In this document: piece by piece, positions 1 to 11,423 of the stretch
Numbering within the stretch: the stretch's first letter is position 1
Layout: the number at the start of each line of letters is the position of its first letter
From: Mantamonas sphyraenae STR306
Taxonomy: Eukaryota > Protista > CRuMs
Direction of reading: 5' to 3'
Length of the DNA: 64,000 nucleotides
Assembly: GCA_026936335.1 (NCBI GenBank)
Contig: JAPMXV010000042.1
Location: 434,001-498,000 of the forward strand
Notes under the pieces: generated by a model
Told to the model about the DNA's origin: nothing
The model's database searches: none
What the model saw: only the letters and a program-made list of their open reading frames with translations
Position numbers and translations under genes: made by a program

Positions 1-5
1 AATCG

Positions 6-842
6 GTGGTGTTTGAGTACAGCTCGCGCGACGATACTCTGATTCCCAAGAGTGCCATCGACCGGTACAACGGCTTCATGTCATGTGTGGGCGTGAACCC
101 GGCCACATCGGAGCTGGTGCGTGCGTACCTTTGTCCACGAGTGCGCAAGTACACAAGCAGCTACGAACAAATCCACGGCGTGTACACACAGGTGCAAGCA
201 CTGAAGCAGATGACATTCAGCAAGTACTTCCCCAACTATCTGGGCTCCGACGAGAACTCGCACCCTCACTTCCTCCTGTTCTACACCGAGCACCTCGCCG
301 GCGCCCGGTCTGTGCAGGACCTGCTGGAGAACTATGGGGATATGCACCACGGCAAACTTACGCTTCTCTTTCGCTACTGGGCGGGTGAGCTGTTGCTGGC
401 CCTGCAGGACGTGTTGCTCATGAGCACCCTGCGCGTGGACTTTGACCGCGTCACACTCGACCACATCGTTATCAGCGACCACGGCACTCGCCTCACCCTC
501 CGCAACCTGCCATGGACCTTTGAACGGCCCTACTTCTCCTCCAAGACCCGCCAGTACTCCAACGAGTTTCACATCCGCCTCGAGGCTGAGCTGCTGCAGA
601 TGTTCTCGCGACTCATCCAACGCATGTACTTGTTTGAGGACCAGCTGCGCGACGTCAACATCCCCTCGGAGCTGCAGCTCATTGTGCAGTACTGTGAATC
701 GTACACCACCCGCCAGCGTGCACCTACGCTGGCAAAGCTGCTCAAGCACAAATATCTGCGCGGCGGCGACCTCAAGAAGCTCGAGCACATCCGCGACCGC
801 TTCCGCAGGTATACAGGCACCTCTGATCTGGACGATGTGTGA
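6..842 (+). CDS. Protein-kinase-fold protein, probable pseudokinase (5' end outside the window)
   Basis: The C-lobe pattern is kinase-like (LFRYWAGELLLAL...HIVISDHG...LQLIVQYC...RAPTLAKLLKHKYL), but no HRD or DFG motif is recognisable. The ORF runs in from the window edge and ends TGA at 842. Confidence 0.55.
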   Translation: MVFEYSSRDDTLIPKSAIDRYNGFMSCVGVNPATSELVRAYLCPRVRKYTSSYEQIHGVYTQVQALKQMTFSKYFPNYLGSDENSHPHFLLFYTEHLAGARSVQDLLENYGDMHHGKLTLLFRYWAGELLLALQDVLLMSTLRVDFDRVTLDHIVISDHGTRLTLRNLPWTFERPYFSSKTRQYSNEFHIRLEAELLQMFSRLIQRMYLFEDQLRDVNIPSELQLIVQYCESYTTRQRAPTLAKLLKHKYLRGGDLKKLEHIRDRFRRYTGTSDLDDV

Positions 843-883
843 AGGACGCACGGGATGCCCATTGAATCTTCATTTGCCCAACC

Positions 884-2648
884 TCAAAGCACATCAAAGT
901 CGCCGTTGTTGTCCGTAGACATTTCCAGGGTGAGGAAGCCCGAGCCGCCGTTGTTGTCAAAGGAATCCTCTTCAAAGAGCGAGTTGAACCCAGCGCTGCT
1001 CTCTTTCGTGTTCTTCAGGTACAGCTGTGCCTGGCCGCCCTCTTGCTGTCCGCCATCGCCACCATCCTGGTCCTGTGCACCCGAGATGCCGTCATTGCCA
1101 CCGTTCGCCGCCTCTTCCTGCACTTGCATTTGGTCGTTGGCTCCATCCATGCTGCCCTGTCTCTGTTGCATGTTGCTACGAAGACGCTGGGCCTCGCTTC
1201 GAAGCGACGCCAGCTCTCGGTCTTTGGCACGCATGGTTTGCCTCAGCTGCTCCATCTCGTCCTTGTACGAACACAAGGGATTGGCGCACCGGCTGCTGCC
1301 TGACGTGTCCTTGGGGTTGACCACCGAGGACAAGAGACCCAGAAACTTGCTGAGCGACTCTGTGTCTGTGCTTCGGCTGAAGCGACGCAAGGCCTCACTT
1401 TGCTCACTCAGGTCACTCATGGACAGCGTGTCCATGAGCTGGTTCAGCTGCTCCTCCAGTCCGCCACGTCGCCGAGGCGCCCCACCCTGGCTCAGCGAGG
1501 TCATGGGCCCGCCCACATACGAACTCGAATCCCACGAGTTGAACGACATGAAGCTGCTTGTGTCGTTGAAGGTGGAGCCTCCGCCTGAGCCTCCCGTCTG
1601 CATCAGCTGCAGCACTTTGGGATCCATGCTGCTCATGTCCAGTTGCAACAGGCCGCTCCCGCCTCCCAACCCGGCTCCACTGCTGGCGCTACTTTGGCTT
1701 GACGCTGCTTGCTTTTGCGATTTGTTTGTCGGAGGTGTGACAATTTTGTTTGCTGTGTCACCACACCGTGGGTCAGTGACCTGCTATGTCGACGTGTGCG
1801 CGCCCCAAGCCTCATTCTCACGGCGAAAGGGCGCCTTGCCGCAACACTCTGCGCCGCCCTCCCCGCTCCGCCGTCAAGAGCGTACCCACTGCCCACTGCC
1901 CACTTACCAGACACTTCACCTAGCGACCGTGGAATCAAATACAGAATCTCCTCGTCCGACTTTTTGCCCTGGCGCTTGAGCGAGTGCTTGGAGAGGCACG
2001 AGTCGAAGCGCTCGAACCAAAGGTAGCAATCGTCGTCTGCCAAAGTGTGCACAGGGGTCAGCATGCCACATTGGTACTAGATTTGCCCACAAGGACACGC
2101 AAAGGGCATGCGGGCTGCGTCACAAGCCTGCACACAAGCCTGCTTCACCCGCACACGCGGGTCAAGGCTTTGGCGCCAAATTGCCGCGATGCCTGCTGCC
2201 AGCGATTATCACACGGTTGGGGGCTTTGTGGAACTCACCTCCCTCGGCTGGTCGTCCAGTGCGCAGCTTGCAGTAGATCGAGCCCAGTTCCATCTGTGTG
2301 GTGGGTGCAGGGCAGGTGTGGGTGAGCGTTCTCGACAAAGGCAAGGGGGGTCCAAAACCTGTCAACAGGCGTGGGCAGCGGCCACAGCCAGACCACAGCC
2401 CGCACACAGCCCGCAATGGCCGTGTGTGTGCACCCGTGGCCAGAACATGTGTTCTATGTTATACACGCGGAGAGGCAGCCGAGGATGTGTGCAGCAGGGC
2501 TGCGTTTTGGCGAGCTCACCTTGTCAGACACGCGGAAGCCCGTGGCCTTTTGCGTCTCGTAAAACTCGATGCACTGGGTTTCGTTGTTGCGCACAAGCTT
2601 CTGCAGATAGGGCAGAACATGGACGCGTTTGACCCGCTTCTTGCTCAT
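884..2648 (-). CDS. Putative winged-helix (HSF/ETS-like) transcription factor with coiled coil; 4 exons (2648-2520, 2293-2239, 2036-1908, 1752-884), 393 aa
   Basis: Three canonical GT-AG introns join in frame. The N-terminus reads MSKKRVKRVHVLPYLQKLVRNNETQCIEFYETQKATGFRVSDKMELGSIYCKLR..., followed by an S/G-rich region, a coiled coil (EMEQLRQTMRAKDRELASLRSEAQRL) and an acidic tail. Confidence 0.6.
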
Positions 2649-2747
2649 GCTCGTCGTTTTGTGTGTGTGTGTGTGCGCACGCAGGGGCGTGGGCGCAGAG
2701 GAGCCGGGTGCGCGTGGGCATCCAGCACATCGCACCCCACGTCCAGC

Positions 2748-4746
2748 ATGCAAGGCGAAGTGGCTCTCAGCTGTACGGGATCGGCGGGTGAAGTGTGTCT
2801 GTGGGATCTCAAGTCAGGCTCGGTGCTGCGCAGCTACAAGGGAAATGCGAGCGAAGCGCACGGTGTGGCGGTGCTAGACAGCTCCCGCTTTGCGGTGGCA
2901 CAAAAGGGCAAGGCCCAGCTGCTGGTGTGGCACTGGCAACGCGACCAGGCTGTGCTCAAGTGCTCCATGCCCGAACGCATGGCCAGTCTGTGCAGCACCC
3001 CGGACGGCAACTACCTACTCGGCGGCGGACTCTCTGGCCGCTTGTATGTGTGGTCCATGCAGAATGGCCAGTTGCTGCGTGTACATGACGCCCATTTCAA
3101 GAGCCTCGCATGCCTTTGTGTCTCCCGCGACTCGTCGCTGCTTGTCACCGGCGGCCACGACGGCATGGTGCATGTTTGGGATCTCTGCAGGTAAGCAACG
3201 AGCCATCCATGCCCCCACACCACGTGCTGTGTGTTTTCCAGTCCATGGTGCACCACCACCACACACACAACCGCACGTAGGCTGCACAGTACACGTGCAG
3301 ACACACAGAGACGAAGAGAGCCTTGCCCAAACGCTGACACAGCTCCGATGGGTTGCGCTCGGTCCGCGCCCGCACAGCTTGGTGGACATGAGCGACCGCT
3401 TAGGCGGCCTCTTGTTTGCAGACGAACAACTGAAACCGCTGCGCACGTGGGCTGAACACTCGCTGCCCGTCACTGACGTGGTCATGGGTGTGGGAAGCTT
3501 CAGCGCACGTGTGTGCTCCGTGTCTGCAGACAGTACCTGCAAGATGTACGACATTAGCACAGGCAAGCTCATCTGCTCCATTGTCTTTCCTGGGCCCTTG
3601 GCCGCCGTGTGTTTGGACAGCATCGAGAGCAAACTGTACTGTGGCGAGGCCACCGACGAGGCCGCAAAGATCTACCAGGTCGATCTGTCCGGCTCCAGCG
3701 TGTCTGCCTCCTCCTCCTCCTCCTCCTCCTCCTCCTCTTCCTCATTTATTCAACGCTCCTCCACGCAACGACTCAACCCGGAGGTGGACCTGGATCAGGT
3801 CTTTCGCGGCCACACAGACGCCGTGACTCGCCTCCAGCTCAGCATGGATGGACGCTACCTGGTATCCAGCAGCCTGGACAAGAGTGTGCGTGTGTGGGAT
3901 CCGTCGTCCAAACAGACAGTGCGTGCGTTCTACGAGCACGACAGCGGAGTGAGCGACGTTCTGCTCACGCGCAAGCCGCCCCTCGTACTCGAGCCCTTCA
4001 AAAAGACCCAGTCGACACGGCAGCCATTCCAGAAGTTCCTGGTGGACACATCGTCCACTTCCTTCCTGGGCACGAGTGTGCAGGCCAAGGGCGGCGCTTC
4101 GGTCTCCTCGGCCAAGCGAGCTTCGGGAATGTTTTCCTACTCGCTGCCCGTGCAGCTGGACGACATGCAACTGGAAGACACACGCATGTCCTCGCGTGAC
4201 TATCTTGCGCTGTTGGCAAGTGGCAGCAGCAGCGGCGGCGGCGGCGGAGATGGGAGTGGCTCTCGCGCAGGCGATGCAAAAAGCTCGGCGTCGCTCGTGC
4301 ACGCTGCGGAGCACATTCCCCTGGACCAAGCGTCGGAGAACCGCTCGCTGCAGAAAAAGGTGCAACAGCTCCAACGCCAGCTGCTCAAGGTACAAGAGGA
4401 GAACGAGCGCTGGCAAGCGGTCAACCAGGAGCTGTACGCGTTGACCGTCGACCAGGCCGATCGGGCAGAGGTTTCTGCTGGCGCAAAGCAGAGCAAGAAG
4501 AGGCAGCAACAGCAGCAGCGGAACAAAAAGAAGCGAAAGCACGATGACGGTGATGAAGATAGTTTCGATGAAGACGAGGATGGAGACGACGAAGACGTGG
4601 ATGATGATGTGCAGAACGGGGAAGGTGACCACGACGAGGAAGACTCCCGTCCATCCACGAGCGGTGGCAAGGCAAAGACAAAGGCAACAAGCACCATCAA
4701 GCGCATGCAAATCAAAAAGAGGGGCAAGAAGCAACGAAAACGGTGA
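2748..4746 (+). CDS. WDR18: WD40-repeat protein 18 / Ipi3 (Rix1 complex); intron 3191-3377
   Basis: WDLKSGSVLRSYKG; GRLYVWSMQNGQLLRVHDAHFKSL; HSLPVTD...SVSADSTCK; C-terminal coiled coil ENERWQAVNQELY. The GTAAGC...CAG intron joins in frame. Confidence 0.9.
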
Positions 4747-4790
4747 GGGCGCGCCAACAACGAACGGTTTTCTCCACATCCACAACCTCA

Positions 4791-7194
4791 TCACAAACCT
4801 TCTGTGGGCTCAAAGAACGCCCGCTGGCTGGGGAATCGATCAGCAAACTCGTTGAGGCGAGCAGCAATGTAGCCCGGCTCGTAATCAGAGGCAGCCCAGT
4901 GCAAGAGACCTCCGCGAGTGGCTGGGAAGCCCATGCCCATGATGGACGCCACGTCGATGTCGGCTGCGCTCTGTGCCATGTTTTCGTTCAGCACACGCGT
5001 GGCCTCGTTCACAATGGGGAACATAATCATCTCCAGAATGTCTGCGTCGCTGGTGCTGCTGCTGTCCTTCAGCGTCTGTTCCAGGCCGCTGGCGTTGCGC
5101 GACTGCACAAGGAACTTGTTCAGCTCGGGGTCCTGCTTTGCCTTGCGCTGGCTGTCCACCGAATAGAATCCCTTTCCGTCTGTCTTCTCGCCCATGCGTC
5201 CGGCGTCCACCAGCATGCCCGGCAGAGCGCTCACATACGTGCGATCGCCGTAGCCCTGCTGCATGATCCCGTTGACAAAGTTTGTCACGTCGATGCCCAC
5301 CATGTCACTCAGGCGGAACGGGCCCATGGGGAAGCCAAAGCTGCTCACCACCTGGTCGATGCGGTACGGGTCCAGACCGCTGTTCACCAGCAGTCCCGCA
5401 GCCTGGCCAAACGGGAAGAACATGCGGTTGACCATGAAGCCCACGCAGTTGCCCACCACCACGGGCGTCTTTCGGATGCCCTTGGCCACACTGAGCATGT
5501 CCACGAGCACCTGCTTGCTCGTGTGCTCCGTGCGCACAATCTCCAGCAGCGGCATCACGTGCGCCGGCGAGAAAAAGTGTGCCCCCACCACACGCGACTT
5601 GTCGCTCACCTGCTCACTCACAATGTTCAGGTCGATGGTGGACGTGTTGGACGCCAGGATCGCTTCAGGCGCACACACGCTCTCCAGCTTGGAAAAGATG
5701 TCCTGCTTCAGCGCAACCGACTCCACCACCGCCTCAATCACAAGCTGCGAGTCTGCAAGATCATCGTACGCCACCGTGGGCTGCAGTAGATCCATGCATC
5801 GGCTAAACTTCTCCTCCGTCATGCGACCCTTCTTCACACGCGACTGCAGGTTCGCCTGCACACGCTTTTCCGCACGCTCCACAGCCTTTCCGTCCACCTC
5901 CAGCAGGTTCACCTTGTATCCGTTCATCACCAGTGCTGTGGCGATTCCCGAGCCCATCAAGCCGCCTCCAATCACGCTCGTCGTCTGGATCTTGGTCGGC
6001 GTCAAGCCCTGGTCCGTCACGCCCTTCACCTTGCCTGTCGCCTTGCTGGCCACAAACACATGCAGCAACGCCTTGGCACCCTTGCCCTGACAGATATCCA
6101 TGAAGCTCTCGTACTCTGCACGCAGCCCATCCATGCCCGTGCGGCTCAACCCTGCCTCCACCGCGTCGATGCACGCGTCCAAGAACTCCGAGTTCGGCGG
6201 CCGCTTCTTGTTCACCTTCTGCTCAGTGAGCCATCCGCGCACACATGCACACCAGGGAACGCACCATGCATTCCGTGGTACCCCAACAGCGCACACAATG
6301 CAGTCACAGCTGTGTCAGTCGTCCGACGCGAGTCAACGTCAAAAAAAGGCCCTCTCGTCAAAAGGCCCGGGCGCCTGTGTCACTCGCACACACACGCTAC
6401 ACAATCACTCACCGCACGTGCTCCCTCAAAGATCATCTCTGCATGTTCTGCGTCGGGGAAGGGTTCGTTCAACGCCTCTTTCTTGGCCACGGTGCCGTTT
6501 GCCATGTCCAGGGCCAGTGCAGCCGCAGCGTCGACGAGGCCGTCACGTTCACTCAGCCTGTCCACAAGGCCCATCTTGTGCGCCTGCTCTGCATTCACAC
6601 TGGCACTGGTCAGCATCAGCTCCAGCGAACGCTGGATACCAATCAGTCTCGGCAACCGCTGCGTGCCACCCATGCCCGGATGATGCCCAGGGACAGCTCA
6701 GGCAAGCCAAACTTGGTTCCTGCCGTTGCCACGCGGCCGTTGCATGCCATGGCCAGCTCGCAGCCACCTCCCAGCGCCACTCCGTCCACAGCAGCCACAC
6801 TAGGCTTGCTGGAACGCTCCAGCAGCTCCGTGGTAAACTCGTTGCCGTTCCAGATGTACTCGCCAAAGGCCTTGGCGTCCAACGAGTTCATGTACTTGAT
6901 GTCTGCCCCAGCCACAAAGTTGTTGTTGGCTCCCGTGAGCACCACGGCCTTGACTGCCCCGTCCTCGTTTGCCTGGGACAGTCGCTGCTTCAGGCCGGCC
7001 ACAAGCGTCGGGTGCAGCGCGTTTACAGGCGGAAAGTTCATCGTCAGGACGGCCACGCCGTCCTCACGCACCTCCATGCTCACTGCTTCTTCTGCGCTCA
7101 CGCTTGACATGCATCGCGACACCAGAGCTGCGCGAGGTGCCATCGTCTGCTTGCTCAGCACGCTCGAGTGCTCCCGTACCACACGTCCAAACAT
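4791..7194 (-). CDS. Fatty-acid beta-oxidation multifunctional protein (enoyl-CoA hydratase + 3-hydroxyacyl-CoA dehydrogenase), plant MFP2/AIM1-like; intron 6219-6412; apparent 1-nt frameshift at ~6678
   Basis: Hydratase motifs GGGCELAMAC and GLPELSLGII(P)GMGGTQRLPRLIG; dehydrogenase motifs IGGGLMGSGIA, ASNTSTIDL and GAHFFSPAHVMPLLE. The N-terminus resembles a mitochondrial presequence. Confidence 0.9.
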
Positions 7195-7312
7195 TGCTGT
7201 TCAGGAAAGAAGTGCCATATGCACGTGTCAGCACACTATCAAGTGAGAGGACAGGCAGGTGTGCATGTAATGGAGGAGAGAATGGGACTGACGTTTTTTG
7301 TTTCGCTGTGGT

Positions 7313-10300
7313 TCAGGTGGCGCCTGCCTCCTGCACCCAGCCTTGAACTCTTTGCTGGACATCGGTGCAGCAATCATACACAACCGATGCATATGCATCC
7401 GCGATGGCACTGATAAAGTGGCCGATGACATCCATGTCCACGAGATCGTGCTCGGACACGGACGCACGCCCATTCTCGTCCTGCATGTCCACAATGATGT
7501 CGCTGAGCAGCTGACGCACCATCTTGTGGATACCCGACAAGAGGTAGCTGCCATCCATGTCCAGCTGCTCCACCAGACGCAGCTGGTGCTCCTTCATGGA
7601 CGCAATGAGCAACTTGTCCTCCGGAGGTACGTTCTGCTTCGAACACACCTCCATGACCACGTTCAGATTGGAATGCTTGTCCCTGTGATACTCCCAGTCC
7701 TGTGCATACGAGCCAAACATGCGACTGACATTGGCCAGCACCGTTTCCCCCTCGTCGTCCAGCTCCAATCCACACATCTCCACCTGCCGCACCGCCTCAA
7801 ACATCTGCAACCACGCCCCTTCCTGCATGTGTGTCAAGGCCACGCGTTTGTAGTGCCACGCATGTTCGCGTAGCACCTGCCGCTCCACCGTTCCAAGCGC
7901 ATCCACATCTCGTCCCTGTTCCTTGTCCTCCTCCGCGGCCTTTCGATGCGCTTCTTTCTGTCCGCCGACTTCCATTTCGCTCTGTTGAAAGTGTGCAAAC
8001 GCCAGCCGCATCCACAGGTCGGCGTCGTCCACGCTGACAAAGAGCTTCTCGGCCGCCCTCATGCGTGCTGGCGGATGCATCATGACCCCACTGCCGTTGG
8101 CATCCATATAAGCCATGGCGTAGAATTTGTTCACACGCACGTACTTGTTCGTCGACGAGCCGTCCGGGGCATACAAGACGACGTGCACGCCCCCATCCAT
8201 AGCACGCGATTCCATGTAGTCGACCACGGCCTCACGCACCACCTGCGCGTCATCAATCAATTGCTCCACCTCGAAGCGCTGCGAGCCCACCAGAACTGCA
8301 AAGATGGGCCTGTTGGAGAGCCTGCTGATGCGCTGCATGTCACTCACCACGTTGGCTGCAAACAACGCCGTGGCCGTGGCCAAGTGCGCCCCCTGCACCA
8401 CAAAGTCCTCCTCCAAGTCGCAAGCGGTCACTTGGTCTGCGGCGTAGTTGCCAATCCACGTGTTCCGACCAATGTACGACACAGTCGAGGCGATGTCGTA
8501 TGCATCCCAACGGTCACCCTCGCTCAGCTTGGTACGTTGTCGCACAGGTAGATCGCTCTCCATGGCCGCCATCTCTTCACCACTCACAATCTCTGAACGC
8601 ATGACATCGCGCAGTGCACGCGAAATGCTCACCACGCTCGCCGGGTGTGCACCGCGTGCTGCCGGCGCCATGCCAAACACACGTGCATCGCCCTTGACGG
8701 TAAACACGGGGTAAGAACAATTGGGCGCGTGTTGGATGCTGTTGCGGTGTGTTTCGAGCTCCTGTGCATCGCTACGCGACCACCACAGCGAACGAGCGTG
8801 TTGTCGTTTCAGCGCCTGAGTCACCCACGGATACGGGTTGCCGTGCGGAGCTTGCTGCAGCATGCCTTGCATCACTTGTTGCATGCACGTGTCCAGCTGT
8901 GTGTCCACCACGTACTGCAGCAGCACACTCTGTTTGGCCAGCTGGGACGGCACACGCCGCTTCTGCTTGCTGCGCACTGCCTCACCCTGCACGTTGATGA
9001 CCAGGTCCCGAGCCAACGAATTGCTGCTGTTGCCGCCGTACTCGCTGGGCAGTGTGACCCACCCTGCCGCCGTTGCGTCCACCACCGTGGTTTCCAGCAG
9101 TTCGCTCACGGGGCTCGACAGATAGTCCACATCGTCCGCCACCGTGTATGAAATGCATTGCGTCATGTCGTTGACCAGTTTGAGCACGTGCAGCGACCGC
9201 GTGTTGATGCGCAGTTTGCGCGATCGCTCGTCCGTCACCGAATTGAGCAAGCCGGCCAGGCGCATGCGCAAGCTCTGCACCTCTGAACTGCTTGCGGAGC
9301 CCTGTGTGCCTACAACCTCGTAGAAGCTCTCGAGGTAGCTGTAGTACGCCGTCTGGGCCATCAGAAGATGGTTGCGCTCACGGCTCTCGCTAAAGAGAGC
9401 CACCACACGTCGTACCACGTCGTTGTGCTCCACCAGATAGTCCATCTGGCCCGCAATGCTATGAAACATTCTGTACATCCATGCCACGTAGTCCATGCCC
9501 ATCTGGCTCATCACAATGAAGGTCCACAGCTCGCGGTAGACGTCAAAGTACGCGGCCGCAAACGATTGCTCCGCCACCGTTGTTTGCACCGCCTCGCGCA
9601 GTGGCTTTGACTTGCGTTTCTTTCCATTTTGGAAGGCTTTGAAGAAGCGCAGGGCGTCGTCGAGGGTAAAGAAGCCCGCTTGCCACAGCCGCGACGCTAC
9701 GTTGGGCACAAAGATTTGACTCTCTTCAGAGTGCTCCGTGCGGAAGAAAAACCCATACGACTTGTCGCCTGGCACAATGCGAAAGCTGTTGGCGCGGCCA
9801 CGACTGTCGTACGAGACAGGCAGTCTGAAGATGCCGTCGAGTTGGATGAGGCGCTTGGCCACAGCAGCGTCCTTGATACTGTTGATAAATACTTTCTGGC
9901 TCTTGACGATGTCGCCGCGAGTCCAAGTGTGTGTGCCGTCGCGTGTGTCCACACGGATGCCCAGCACCACGTGCTCTGCTGCCACCAGACGGTCGACGTC
10001 CCGTATGATCTGGTGAGCAAACTCGACCAGAGCCACCTCCAGCTTGTCTCCTGTGATGAGATAGTCCTGGTTGAGGTTGAAGCGAGCTGCGTACGGCTGC
10101 AGGGCAGGGTACCACAGGAAGTCGCCGTGGAGCGAGGGCACCATCACCACCTCCAGCTGCTCAAATTCCACTCCAGGGCCGTCTATCGAGTCATCGCAGA
10201 GCTCACGGCACCACGTGTATGCACTCAGGATGCCCTCCTCGTCCACAAAGCGCACCACCTCCTTGTGCGCGGTAAACTCGCTCGCGTTCCAGCCGCGGAA

Positions 10301-10902
10301 CTCGGGCGGGTCGTCGAATGCAGGTTGGGCAAAGGGAAACGCACAGTTGGGCACTTTGCTGGCCGCATTGACCACCATGTCGGCAATCTCCTCGTCGTCC
10401 ATCTCCCAGGTGGCCTGGATCTCCCTGAGTCGCAGCTGACGCACAAGGAACGGATACGGATTCTCAGGCAACTCGTTCTGACCCAACAGCATGTCAAATA
10501 TGTCCTGCAGCTCGCGATGCATGTTGGTACTTGTCAAAAACTCCAGCGAGGCTGTCTCGCGCAGGTCCGTTTCCTGGGCGTCGAGTGCCGTCAACGGCTG
10601 CTCCGGACGCCGCTACGGTCTTGGAACTTGTCCACCTGCCTCTTGAGCTCCTTGATGCCAATGAGCTGGTTGTAAAAGCCCGGGTAGGGTGGGAAGCGTG
10701 CGCGTGTGCCCTCGTCGTCGTCGTCCTGCGCCGCTTTGCTGCTTCCTCCGCCGCCCAAGAACCAAGGAGCAGACGAAGACGACGACGACGCACCTGCCGA
10801 CGCACCCCCACCTGCCAACACCCCTCCTGCGCCAGCCACAGTCTTTGCTTTACCCTTGCCCTTGCCCTTGCCCTTGCCCTTCGCACGGCCCTTGGACGAC
10901 AT
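7313..10902 (-). CDS. Large uncharacterised protein (~1,195 aa) made of two tandem ~520-aa modules, each starting with a Dpy-30/RIIa-like docking motif; apparent frameshift at ~10605
   Basis: ORFs 10902-10591 and 10594-7313 join by a 1-nt shift. The motif pairs PENPYPFL/HGNPYPWV, PNCAFP/PNCSYP and YRMFHS/SRMFGS occur twice in the same order. Confidence 0.7.
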
Positions 10903-10986
10903 GGAGCGGGGGAACGTTGCGAACGCACGCGCGCATCCGATTGCAACACATCAACACACAACACACACACACACACACACACCAAC

Positions 10987-11308
10987 ATGAGCACGAGTGG
11001 CCAGCAGATGGATGACCACAGCTTTGAGGAGCTGTTGGAGCAGCTGAACAACACGGCACGTGACAAGGACCGCCTGCGTTTGATCAAGAGCCGCGTGAGC
11101 GAGTTCACGGGCGACACGACTCTCAGCGCCAAGCAGATCTTTCAGGTGACACAAACATGCCTGATGGGAGAAGCACAGATTGAAGCTGCGGTGTTGCTGT
11201 TACCCCATTTGCAGCCAGGGCATGGAGGACTTTGAAAAGTCGTGCATCGACAAATTCCCCTACAAGAGCGACAAGGACGACATCCGCAAGGGAATTGGAG
11301 CAGAGTGA
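10987..11308 (+). CDS. DUF4476-like small helical protein; apparent frameshift at ~11219
   Basis: MDDHSFEELLEQL...DKDRLRLIK...LSAKQI...QIEAAVLLLPHL continues, after a +1 shift, as MEDFEKSCIDKFPYKSDKDDIRKGI, which matches the DUF4476 pattern. Confidence 0.65.
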
Positions 11309-11423
11309 TATGAGACGTGGGAAATGGAGTGTAGGATTCAATTGTCCAAGCGGGCGAATGGCCCAGAGAAGCACAGTGGACAACAAACGAGAGGGAAAAG
11401 CCCTCTGGAGATTCCCGCGCCTC

